From a virus (lineage: Duplodnaviria > Caudoviricetes), in IMG/VR virus record IMGVR_UViG_3300031555_004710, positions 172,672 to 236,671 of that record: a DNA stretch of 64,000 nt. One strand, given 5' to 3'. Position 1 is the stretch's first letter, and each line of letters begins with the position of its first letter. Below the pieces are notes generated by a model. It worked only from the letters and a program-made list of their open reading frames with translations. It was not told the origin of the DNA and ran no database searches. Made by a program: the position numbers and the translations under genes. Shown here piece by piece: positions 51,603 to 61,800 of the stretch.

Positions 51603-51998
51603 GTGATTATTAATATGATATATACTAGCTATTTTGCAAAACTTAACAAACTTCCAGACTATGTAATACCAATTTCAATATGTGGGAAATCACCGTCGTG
51701 GTATAATGGACTAGAATACAAAAAATTAGCTCCAAAATATGATTTCTTTATGGAATGGAAGAAGAATAAAGATAATGACTATTATATCAGACATTATAAT
51801 TCTGAAGTTTTAAATAAATTACAAGCAGAATTTGTAATTGCTGATTTAAAGCATTTATGTGATAAGTCTTTATGGGAGAACGTTGATATCTGTTTAATAT
51901 GTTATGAGAAACCAGATGAATTTTGTCATAGACATTTAGTAGCTAATTGGTTACGATTAAATGGATATGAATGTAAGGAATATGAATTTAGATTGTGA
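51603..51998 (+). CDS. DUF488-like protein
   Basis: IYTSYF, YKKLAP, LICYEKPDEFCHRHLV. Confidence 0.75.
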   Translation: MIINMIYTSYFAKLNKLPDYVIPISICGKSPSWYNGLEYKKLAPKYDFFMEWKKNKDNDYYIRHYNSEVLNKLQAEFVIADLKHLCDKSLWENVDICLICYEKPDEFCHRHLVANWLRLNGYECKEYEFRL

Positions 51999-52007
51999 TG
52001 AAAGGAT

Positions 52008-52523
52008 TTGATGTATATGAAAAGAACTACTTATGAAACACACTTTGTTGATAAAATGCCGTCAATTCTTGAGGATGGCATACTTTATATAGCTCCACAT
52101 TATAATTGTGTGATGCATAATTGTATGTGTGGATGTGGTGAAAAAGTTTGCACACCTATAGATGTAGGACAATGGAAATGGAATTATGATGGGAAAAACG
52201 TTTCTCTAAATCCATCAGTTGGAAATTTTCAATACAAATGTAAATCTCATTATTTTCTAGTAGATGGAAAGGTTAAATGGTGTGGAGAACCAGAGATTGT
52301 CGTCAATAAGACACTTTATAAAGAGTGCCAGAGTTGCCCATATAATGAGGTATGTATGATGTTACTAGAATGTGGTGGACAAATAACTCGTGTAAATGAG
52401 AATAATATCCCCAGCGCATGTTTATATGAGAATATAAAAAATAATCCAGATAAAAGACATGAAGAAATTAAAAAGATAATTAATCAAAAATATGGAATAA
52501 AAATAAGGAGTGAATTATTATGA
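52008..52523 (+). CDS. DUF6527-like Cys/His protein with C-terminal extension
   Basis: HNCMCGCG..V.TP, SLNPSVGN...CKSHYF. Confidence 0.65.
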   Translation: MMYMKRTTYETHFVDKMPSILEDGILYIAPHYNCVMHNCMCGCGEKVCTPIDVGQWKWNYDGKNVSLNPSVGNFQYKCKSHYFLVDGKVKWCGEPEIVVNKTLYKECQSCPYNEVCMMLLECGGQITRVNENNIPSACLYENIKNNPDKRHEEIKKIINQKYGIKIRSELL

Positions 52524-53206
52524 CAAATGTAGGTGGAATAGGGAAAGTATTAGATGTAATTACGAATTCTAACTCTCATATAGATACTCCCAAAACAGTT
52601 GCAGAAGAAACCTCGACAATTAAAGATTCTGGCTCAATGACAAATTTTGATAGTGGTGCTAGAAGAGATTATCGAATTGGAAAAGGAAGATGTGATCTTT
52701 TACCATTAGATGTAGTTCGTAACCTATTCGATGAGAGTGAAGATGAGTATACAATCAATATGTTTGATAGGTTTTATAAATTCCAAGAAACTGGTTCATA
52801 TTCTCATCTTATTGAAGCGGTGCAGTATTTTGTAGATGAAACTGAATGGATAAGTTTACCTACAATGCTATTAGAAGTTTCTAAGCATTATGAAGAAGGG
52901 GCCAATAAATATGGAGAAAACAACTGGCAAAATGGCATGCCTACAAATATTTATATTGACTCAGCAATTAGACATTATCTAAAATTCCTGAGAGGAGATA
53001 AAGATGAACCCCATGATAAAGCATTTGTATGGAATCTTCTTTGTTGTATTTGGACATGCATACATAAACCAGAACTAAATACTTATTCTAAACCTAAAGA
53101 TGGATATATTAATAAATCTTTATTAGATATAAATACTCCTCAAATTAATACAAGCAATATGATGGAATATGAAGAACTTCCTGAAATGTCATTTAGTAGA
53201 AACTAA
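52520..53206 (+). CDS. dATP/dGTP diphosphohydrolase-like (DUF5664) protein
   Basis: F.SGARRD..GKGRCDLLP, GANKYGENNWQNG, DSAIRH, DEPH. Confidence 0.75.
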   Translation: MTNVGGIGKVLDVITNSNSHIDTPKTVAEETSTIKDSGSMTNFDSGARRDYRIGKGRCDLLPLDVVRNLFDESEDEYTINMFDRFYKFQETGSYSHLIEAVQYFVDETEWISLPTMLLEVSKHYEEGANKYGENNWQNGMPTNIYIDSAIRHYLKFLRGDKDEPHDKAFVWNLLCCIWTCIHKPELNTYSKPKDGYINKSLLDINTPQINTSNMMEYEELPEMSFSRN

Positions 53207-53209
53207 ATT

Positions 53210-53247
53210 AAAATGAAGATAGAACCAATTGGTTCTATCTTCATTTT
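53210..53247. terminator. Perfect palindrome, AAGATAGAACC family (bidirectional)
   Basis: AAAATGAAGATAGAACCAA|TTGGTTCTATCTTCATTTT between convergent genes. Confidence 0.75.
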
Positions 53248-53294
53248 TTATAATATTGAATATATATTAAATTAGCATTAATTATTTTATCAAT

Positions 53295-53888
53295 TTATAT
53301 AGATTTTTCTATTAAATTTTTCATTTTCGTTATTGCAATAAGAGTTTTACTTATAGTGTTATATACTTCACTAGGCATTGCTTCAGAGTTTGAACTTAAT
53401 ATTGATTGCGTTGTAATTAGGGTTTTTATACCTTTTTCACATAAACTCGTAAGCTTTTTTACAGAATCATTTGGTAATCTAGCACCTTCATTAATAAGAG
53501 TTTCTATTTTTTTAGAAGTGTCTATAAATTTATCATTAAATAATTCATTATTAATTTTATCTATTGCATCATATACACCAACAGCATCTTTTTTAATAAG
53601 AGACTGTAACATCGTTACAATTAAATTATTAGCAGTATCTATTGTCATTAGGTTAGCCATTGAATATGATGCAAGAGCAAAGTTTTTTCTAGCCATCTTA
53701 GTAGCTTTTTCTTCTGCAACTGACGGTCTACCAGTAAGTTTTCTTATAAGATTACGAATTCCTTCTATTACTTTCATAATAAAGCCAACTATAGATTTAC
53801 CAGCTTTCTTTATAGCTTCACCAAATCCTTCTTCAGCTATATCATATATAATGTAGCTTTCAAGTACATCAGCATAGTTAGATGCCAT
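53295..53888 (-). CDS. Putative inner-head protein with shared leader
   Basis: First 31 aa identical to those of 62705..63814. Confidence 0.7.
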   Translation of the reverse strand: MASNYADVLESYIIYDIAEEGFGEAIKKAGKSIVGFIMKVIEGIRNLIRKLTGRPSVAEEKATKMARKNFALASYSMANLMTIDTANNLIVTMLQSLIKKDAVGVYDAIDKINNELFNDKFIDTSKKIETLINEGARLPNDSVKKLTSLCEKGIKTLITTQSILSSNSEAMPSEVYNTISKTLIAITKMKNLIEKSI

Positions 53889-53907
53889 ATTATATCATCC
53901 TTTCATT
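53800..53907 (-). repeat. 108-bp repeat copy 1 (RBS plus leader)
   Basis: Matches 63726-63833 with 2 mismatches. Confidence 0.9.
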
Positions 53908-53952
53908 TCGTTTTTTGTAAGTATTTAATGATTTTGTTAAATCATAGAAAAA

Positions 53953-53982
53953 TGAAGATAGAACCATATGGTTCTATCTTCA
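53953..53982. terminator. Perfect palindrome, AAGATAGAACC family
   Basis: TGAAGATAGAACCAT|ATGGTTCTATCTTCA. Confidence 0.75.
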
Positions 53983-53992
53983 AATATATTAA

Positions 53993-56320
53993 TTAGTCTA
54001 AATCAGAATCATCAATGCCGTCTTCTGCAGCCATAACAGCTATAGCAGCTTCAGCAGCTAATTCTGTAAGATCTTCATCATCGAAGCCTTTACCTTCAGC
54101 AGGTTCAACTTCATCATCATCAACATCTTCACCTTCAACAGTTACGCCTTCAAGACCGAAAGCTAATGATTCAAGGAAAGATTCGGATGCTTTATATTTT
54201 TTATTCATAAATTTAGCAGCTAATGCAGCATTCTTTGCTTTATTACCTACTTCACCTATACTATCTTTAACATTACCAGCCATCTGACTAGCATTGCCCT
54301 TAGTAGTTCTGATAGCAGAAGCAGCTTTTCTAAGAAGTTTTTCACCATTGTTAAGTTCAAAACCTCTATCAGCTTTAGCATCTGCAGCTTTAGAAGCTTT
54401 AGAAGCAATTGCAACAGCTCCAACAGCAGCAGCAGCAACGCCAGCAGCAGCTAAACCGATTTTAAGTGCTTTGCTAAGTTTAGATTTTTCTTCAGGAGTT
54501 TCTGCATTTTCAGCAGCTTCAGCAAGTTCATCAGCAGCTTCGTTAACTTCTTTTTCAGCTTCTCTGATAGCATTAGTATCATCTTCAACTTTAGCTTTCT
54601 TAAGTTTACCGAAAGCTTTTCTAAGTTTAGCGCCGATACCAGAAGCACTCTTAGGAGCAGCTTCTCCTTCTTCTTCGCCTTCTGCTTCCATAGCAGCTTC
54701 TATAGCAAGATCAAGTTCATAAGAATCCATTAAAGATTCCATTGAAGCTTCAAATTCAGCAAAATCCATACCATCGATAGTAGCTTCAGTTGCTTCCTTC
54801 TTCTTACCAAGTTTAAATTTACCTTTTAAACCAGAAAGAGCAGTTTTAATGCCTTTAAGAGCACCTTCACCCTTCTTGGTTTCACCTTTATTTTCGCCTT
54901 TGTTAGATTTTAATTTAGCAGCCTGTGCTTTAGCAGCTTCTGCAACTTTCTTAAATGCGCCAGTTTTAACACCAACACCGATTGCAGCAGCAGTAGCAAC
55001 TACAGCAGCACCAATTGCTAAACCTTTAGCAAGTTTACGATCTGCAGCTTTAAGATCTTCTGCACTATAAGCATCTTCAGCTTCTTTAGCAATTTTATCA
55101 ATAACTTTATTGATTTCGCCTGTAAGCTGATCCATCTTAGCTGTATCATTAGCAGCTTTAGCTTCGTTGAACTGTTCATAAAGTTCTCTAAGCTTCTGTT
55201 CGTTTTCAGATACGCCAGTACCTTCACCTTCAGCTTCTACATCTCCTTCAGCTTCAAAAGCTGCAGAAAGATCGTAGTCCATAAGAAGTTCATCAGCAAA
55301 AGCTTCTGTTGCATACATTAATTCAAAGATTGATTCAACTGCTTCAACATCTTCTTCAGATGTAGCATTTGCCATCTTTTCTTTGTAAGCAGCATCTGCA
55401 TATTTCTTAGCAGATTTAGAAGCCTTAGCAGCAGCTTTCTTACCAGCTTTGATTTTCTTACGTTCAAGTCTTAACTGATCTTTTGTTTCTTTGAAAGTGC
55501 TCTTACCAGCTTTATTTTGCCACTGAAGTTCAAGAGCTTTACAAGAATCTATACGATCTTCGAAGTATGCAATTGCAGAAGCTCCAGAATAATTATCTGT
55601 AACATTCTTATCGAATTTATCTTCGATACCACCGTATTTAACTGTTCTTTCAGATTTATACATGTTACTAGCTTTTTCAACTTTAGCAAGACATTTTTCA
55701 TAAAGTTTCTGAGCATCTTTAAGATACTTAAGAGCTTTATCTTTAGAACCAAGTCCATAAAGTTTCTTAGCCTGATTATAAAGCTGAGCAGCAGTTTTAG
55801 CTTCTGTTGACTTTCTGATTTCAGCAATCTGACTTGCTTCAGTTGCAGGTTCAAAGTTAGAAAGACCAGCTAAAAGGCCTTCATTAGCAGCTTTGCCTTC
55901 GATAGGGCAATCCTGTAATTCTCTCTTTCTATCTGCAACTATATCTTTACAGCCAACAATGTACTCTTTAAGCATTGCGATTTCTTCTTCTGTAATGTCA
56001 TCGCCAGTAGCTTTAACATCAGAAAGAGTTAATGCAACACATTTTTCTTTAAGAGTGGATACGCAAGGAGCGCATTCAGCAAGCATCTCTTCACGAGAAA
56101 TCTCACCGCGTTCGCATTTACGAATTGAGTTGCTCATCGTTGTAAGACAAGCGTTGAATTGTGCAGCTTCTTCAGAAAGTTTGTTTTCAAGAGAAGCAGC
56201 AGCATCTACAGTTTTTACTTTTTCAGCAACGTTAACTTTTACTGATTCAAGTAATGTAGCAGTAGTCTGTTCAGCATCAAACATACTTTCCATAGCACCA
56301 TAGTTATACAAAGAACTCAT
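53993..56320 (-). CDS. Abundant inner-head/scaffold-like protein with many maturation sites
   Basis: Ala/Lys/Glu-rich, strongly biased codons, repeated AMES, ANEG, ATEA, AVES, AFEA, SMES, AMEA, ASES; late motif 56380-56391. Confidence 0.65.
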   Translation of the reverse strand: MSSLYNYGAMESMFDAEQTTATLLESVKVNVAEKVKTVDAAASLENKLSEEAAQFNACLTTMSNSIRKCERGEISREEMLAECAPCVSTLKEKCVALTLSDVKATGDDITEEEIAMLKEYIVGCKDIVADRKRELQDCPIEGKAANEGLLAGLSNFEPATEASQIAEIRKSTEAKTAAQLYNQAKKLYGLGSKDKALKYLKDAQKLYEKCLAKVEKASNMYKSERTVKYGGIEDKFDKNVTDNYSGASAIAYFEDRIDSCKALELQWQNKAGKSTFKETKDQLRLERKKIKAGKKAAAKASKSAKKYADAAYKEKMANATSEEDVEAVESIFELMYATEAFADELLMDYDLSAAFEAEGDVEAEGEGTGVSENEQKLRELYEQFNEAKAANDTAKMDQLTGEINKVIDKIAKEAEDAYSAEDLKAADRKLAKGLAIGAAVVATAAAIGVGVKTGAFKKVAEAAKAQAAKLKSNKGENKGETKKGEGALKGIKTALSGLKGKFKLGKKKEATEATIDGMDFAEFEASMESLMDSYELDLAIEAAMEAEGEEEGEAAPKSASGIGAKLRKAFGKLKKAKVEDDTNAIREAEKEVNEAADELAEAAENAETPEEKSKLSKALKIGLAAAGVAAAAVGAVAIASKASKAADAKADRGFELNNGEKLLRKAASAIRTTKGNASQMAGNVKDSIGEVGNKAKNAALAAKFMNKKYKASESFLESLAFGLEGVTVEGEDVDDDEVEPAEGKGFDDEDLTELAAEAAIAVMAAEDGIDDSDLD

Positions 56321-56515
56321 GGATAATTTACCTCCTTAGAATTCAAAAATAAATTAAAATATTTCTTTTATTAATATTTTAATATTATGTTGATTTTACT
56401 TAATATATTATAACTCCAATATCATAATAAACAAATGAGTAAAATATGTATATAGATATTTTATTTATTTTCCGAGTTTTTAATAACTCCTAATATACCA
56501 TTTACATGGAAAGGG

Positions 56516-57001
56516 GTGAAATATTCAATGTTAGAAACTTTCTTTACTTATTTTGAACGATTTGTAATCTGCATGTCACCAATAATAATAGCGTGGTATG
56601 GAGCTCAGGCTAAAAAGAATAATGATCAACAAAAGAAATATATGAAAGCACAGCAAGAGCTTAAAGATGCAAACGATCTTTTAAAGGTTAAAGAAAAGAA
56701 AGAATTACAAGATCATTTTACAAAGCTGGATAATAATATAGCATCCTTAACTACTCAGGTTAAGAATCTAGAAAAATCTATAAGTAAAATATCAGAGATT
56801 GATAAACGTATAGATAGCCTTGTAGAAATGTCAAATATCAACTTTGAATTTTGTACATCATTGTCAGCAGTGATATCGTCTATTGGTAATGCATTAGATT
56901 CTTCAGATGCAATAGAATCTGGGACATTACAGACTGATTTAGCAGCTCATAAACAGCAAGAGCTTGCTCTGATAGGTAGGATGTGTAAAATTGTCTATTA
57001 A
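56516..57001 (+). CDS. Membrane-anchored coiled-coil protein (possibly lysis-related)
   Basis: N-terminal hydrophobic segment, coiled coil, late motif 56430-56441. Confidence 0.5.
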   Translation: MKYSMLETFFTYFERFVICMSPIIIAWYGAQAKKNNDQQKKYMKAQQELKDANDLLKVKEKKELQDHFTKLDNNIASLTTQVKNLEKSISKISEIDKRIDSLVEMSNINFEFCTSLSAVISSIGNALDSSDAIESGTLQTDLAAHKQQELALIGRMCKIVY

Positions 57002-57144
57002 TATTTTTTAATACTTCGAATAGTAATATTTAAAACTATTCGAAGTATTTTTCTATTTTTATTTGGATATTATTATAATACAAACTCTCAAAATATTTTA
57101 TATTTTTATTCGTATATTATTTGTATGAAGGAGAGTGAAGTATT

Positions 57145-57948
57145 ATGAATAACTCAAATGAAATTAATGAAAAAATTCAAGATCTTATAAATCGTGGAAT
57201 TATTATAGATACAGAGTATCCAAGATCACCACAATTTAAAGATGCTAGTGGAATGATTATAAATAATTTAAAAGTGATTAAATTTGTTGGAATGAATAAA
57301 AGGAGACATGCTTACTATGAAGTTGAATGTCATTGTGGCAATCATTTTATCTGTAGAATCTCTCATATTAATGAAGGTTCTATAAAAAGTTGTGGGTGTT
57401 ATATATCTAAAATATTGCATAGTTCTAAACGAAATATAAAACATGGGTTATCAAGAAGTCCATTATATTATTGCTGGCAATCTATGAAAGCTAGATGTTA
57501 TAATCCTAAAAATCCAGAATATCATAATTATGGTGGTCGTGGTATTAATATATGTGATGAATGGTTAGATAAAGAAAACGGTTTTATGAATTTTTATAAT
57601 TGGTCAATAAATAATGGATTTATTGAAAATAATAAATTATCCATAGATAGAATAAATGTGGATGGAAATTATGAACCAAGTAATTGTAGATGGACATATG
57701 ATAAAGTTCAGGCAAATAATAAACGAACATCGCATTATATTACATATGATAGATACAAATTCACTATTGATCAATGGGCAGATATTTGCAATTTATCTAG
57801 AGATGTAATAGTATCTAGATTACGCAGAGGTTGGGCCGTTGAAAATATACTATTCACTCCAGCAGGAGTTAAACCTGGAGTAAAAACAAAAATACTTGCA
57901 ATACCAATAGAGTATTTAAAATTAAATAAATATATGGAGGTAATTTAA
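57145..57948 (+). CDS. Free-standing HNH homing endonuclease
   Basis: CHCG, KSCGC, W.SMK.RCYN, YGGRGI.ICDEW, SIDRINVDGNYEPSNCRW. Confidence 0.85.
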   Translation: MNNSNEINEKIQDLINRGIIIDTEYPRSPQFKDASGMIINNLKVIKFVGMNKRRHAYYEVECHCGNHFICRISHINEGSIKSCGCYISKILHSSKRNIKHGLSRSPLYYCWQSMKARCYNPKNPEYHNYGGRGINICDEWLDKENGFMNFYNWSINNGFIENNKLSIDRINVDGNYEPSNCRWTYDKVQANNKRTSHYITYDRYKFTIDQWADICNLSRDVIVSRLRRGWAVENILFTPAGVKPGVKTKILAIPIEYLKLNKYMEVI

Positions 57949-57949
57949 A

Positions 57950-58828
57950 ATGGTAAATGAAATGAAAGTCGGAAATGGTAAAGTGTTTCTTATTGCCGGG
58001 GGTGGTAAAACATATTGTGATTTAGCAGCAAGATTCTGTAGAACAGAAAAAGATGTTGAAGAGCTTATAGCATCTCCACAAAGTAAAGAAATTATTAAAA
58101 ATCTTATCAATTCTGGGCATAAGGCTGCTCTTGAATTTGATACTTTTATATTCGGAGTTCAAGGATACGCTAGAGTAACTGAAATACAACTAGCTCGTAA
58201 ACGTCACCAGAGTCTAATGATAAAATCGGGAAGAGTTGATGAAAATGGTAAACGAACAATGGATGTTGTTATACCTGAAAGTATTACAGACTTTAATGCA
58301 AAGCAGATACTTAATCCTGAGAAAGTACTTGTAAAATTCTCAAATCCTAATGGAGTTGCTAAGGTTAAATTAAATGATTGCTTTCCTCTTATGAAACAAC
58401 AGTTTGCTCAAACTGCAGATCCTACAATAGTATACGATTATGATTATAGAGATATATTAAATCTTATAGATACTTGGTATACTACAGGAGTAACTTTAGG
58501 AAAACCAGAAGAAGATTTAAGATATATTAAACCTCAGGCAACTGAATTTAAAGCTGCTATTATGATGAATGCTACAGCTCTTAGAGATTGGGCACTAATA
58601 AGAATGTGTAAGAGAGCTCAGACAGAGATTAGAGATCTCTGTACAAAGATGGTGACTTTAGCTAGAGAAGCTGCCCCAGAATTAATGGAAGGTGTAGGTC
58701 CTAATTGCAAGGTTCTTGGATACTGTCCAGAACTTGAACAGCATGCCGACTGCGTTGGTAAAATTCCTACAAAAGCTCAAGTATTTGATTTTATAAATAC
58801 TCATAGAGATGAAATTATGAATAAGTAA
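57950..58828 (+). CDS. thyX: Flavin-dependent thymidylate synthase ThyX (variant motif)
   Basis: GH.AALEF, R..E.QL.RKR-x7-S.R, EDLRYIKP, MN...R.C.RAQ.EIR. Confidence 0.8.
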   Translation: MVNEMKVGNGKVFLIAGGGKTYCDLAARFCRTEKDVEELIASPQSKEIIKNLINSGHKAALEFDTFIFGVQGYARVTEIQLARKRHQSLMIKSGRVDENGKRTMDVVIPESITDFNAKQILNPEKVLVKFSNPNGVAKVKLNDCFPLMKQQFAQTADPTIVYDYDYRDILNLIDTWYTTGVTLGKPEEDLRYIKPQATEFKAAIMMNATALRDWALIRMCKRAQTEIRDLCTKMVTLAREAAPELMEGVGPNCKVLGYCPELEQHADCVGKIPTKAQVFDFINTHRDEIMNK

Positions 58829-58865
58829 TAAATAAGGATGAGATTTAATCTCATCCTTATTTTTA

Positions 58866-61800
58866 TTACATAGGTCGAAACATTCGATTTATCATCATTT
58901 GCAAAGTATCATTTATCTGATAGATAAAACTTTTAAATTCAACTATTGGGTATTTTTTATAATTTCCCCATTCACCATTCTTGTGCATGTTTTTAATATC
59001 ATCATGAATCGCTTTTAATGAATCATATTCATGAATACCTGTTTTAGGGCTCCATGCATTTTCAAACCAATAATATTTATCATCTTTCTTATAATATACG
59101 AAAGAGTGGGTTATTCCACCTTGACCAAGACTATTTGATTCAATAAAAAACATTGCATTTGCACGAATACCCATTTGCATTAAAAAGAATCGTGCAAAAA
59201 CAGTTTGGTCATGACATGAACCTCTTTTGTCTATTAATATATTCATTGGATTTTTAAGCCTAACGAATGGTGAGTATCTAATATTTGATTTCATCCACTC
59301 CGATAATTCTTCAGGAGTTGTAAACTTATTATCTTTAGAAAATCCTTCTGTAGCTATAGAAACTTTACCAACATTTAATCGTTTTTCAAATTCTACTAAT
59401 CTTTCTTTGAAATTTATAAATGTGTGTAAATGATTTCTAATTTCACAATGGTTTCTATTCATTACTCTCTGCATAGATTTAACCATCGATGTTCTAAGGA
59501 TTATTACACTATCGTTATTATTAATAGATTCAAATGCATCATCACAATATAATTGAATACCTTCCATAATATAATGATTTTCTGGATGTTTCTCAATATA
59601 GTCTAATAAGAATGAGTAGAACTCTTTCATCATTAGTTTATATTTCTCTACATTATTATCAAATATATCATTTGTAAGGTCATATTTAGAATCTAGATAA
59701 TTAAAGATTATTTTATCCCCTTTAGCAACAGCTGGGTGTTCTTTATCTGAATTATCTAAAAACCACATATAGTTTTCAAATTTATCAAGTTCAAATATTA
59801 CGCAGTTATCAATCTTATCCGCAATCTTTTTAGCTTGATATCCTTTACCAGAACCAGATAGTCCTGTAATATATAGAACTTTATTTTCACCATTTAACCA
59901 TTTATCATAGTTTAAGAATAACGGAGTTTCATTAAATAAAAATCCTTCAAGTGCTTCTATATCATTATTCATATCAATATAACTTTCGGTTGCATCTTCA
60001 GTAACCACAGTTGAATCTATAGCACTATGGAACATCTCGGCACTCCATTTCAAAATCTTATCCATCTTAGAAGATAAGTTTAATTGAGGAGTATCCAAAA
60101 TTACATTATATATGAATACATCTTCATCTTGACCTATTCTGTAAATTCTATCACAGCATTGATCATAGTCAGTAGATCTCCAAGGAGGACCAAAGAATAA
60201 CATCTGTGATGCTTCCGTTAAAGTTACACCAGTTCCCATTGATTGGGATGTTGCAATTATTACTCTAATATCGTCATCATGCTTGAAGTCTCTTAGGTTT
60301 TTAGCTCTTACAGCATTGCTAACTTTACCATTAATGGTAACTGTGTTAATTCCATTCATTTCTAATCTATTTTTAATGTGAGTAATTACTCCATAGAACT
60401 GCGAGAAAATTACAGTCTTCTTGATATTATTATTTATCATATCTAAGAAGAAAGATTCATTCTCATCCCATAAAGTATTAAATAATTCAGTTCTTCTAGG
60501 AGGATATATTTTACCTATTGCTTTACCCATAGCAACTTTATCAAAATGGATTAATTTAGATTCCCATTCTAAAATAGTTTTTTCCATTTTAGAAGGAAAA
60601 CTAGGATTTGAAAATACGTAAGTACTTAAGAAAGTTGTAACTTTCTCGGCATCTAACTCATGTAATTGCTCTATACTATAATCAGTATTAGTATCTGCAG
60701 CCTGACAAATTTTATTTATATACCATCTGGTTGCTAATTGACCAGCAGTAGAATATTTATTTACCCAAGTTTGGAAATCTTTAAGAATAGATATATTCTT
60801 ATCAATTACAGATGGGAATACTCTATCATATTCTTCCATTACAGCTTTTCGTACATTCGCTAATAAATAATCATCTGGATTATTTATTTTAATTCTCATA
60901 TCTTCAATAGTTTTATTTGGAAGAGTCAATACATCAGACTTCATCTTACGATATATTACTTTACCAAGTCTGGCAGTTATAATTTCCATCGCTTGATAAT
61001 TATCAAAATTAAAGCATCTATTGTAAATATCTGCAGCTTCTGGTGTAAATAACGGATCTAATAATAAGAATGCTGGAACTAATTCATTTGGTGAAGCTTT
61101 TAGAGGAGTTCCAGACATTGGAAGTACATGTATTGGTTTTAATCTTTTTCTAAGGTCTAGTAATTCTTTAACTCTAGAACTATTTAAGTTTCTAAAGTTA
61201 TGACCTTCATCAACTATTAACATAGTTCTACAAGTATTATCTATATAAGGTAAGATATTCTTAATAGATTCATTATTGGTGATAAATACTCTAGTGTCTT
61301 TATCAGGATTCGTACCTTTACAATCAAAAGGTTTTATTTTACCATCATAGTAATCTAATACTTCATTATACCAGTTAGGTACTAAAGTATTAGGACATAC
61401 TACATATATTTTATCTATATGAAGAGCCATTGCTAATGACATTGCTGTCAAAGTTTTACCAAGACCTTGGTCGAATGCATTATATACTCCTCGAAGATTA
61501 AGCTTAGCTCTCCATTTAGGGTAAGCTTCAATAAATTCTTCTTGATAAGGTTTTAATTGATATTTCGGATTTAATAAACTCTTTGCATAATTTATATCAA
61601 CTCTACCAGGAGTTTTATTATCAGCTTCATGCAACCATGAATCGTTATAGATAGTAGTTGCAATCAATCTATAACTTTTCAATCTATATTTTTTATATAA
61701 TTGAGAGAAAAGAATTGCTAATTCTAAAGCAAAGAACATCGGTGTTATTAAAGAGGTGATTTTCATATCTCCTCTTTTTATTTTCTTTCTATTAAATTTC

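Noticed and set aside
54015-56303. Multiple plus-strand and alternate-frame ORFs over the 775-aa gene
   Set aside because: Shadow ORFs caused by strong GCT/GAA/AAA codon bias; no RBS. The same applies to other short overlapping ORFs (e.g. 997, 19032, 47949, 53356)
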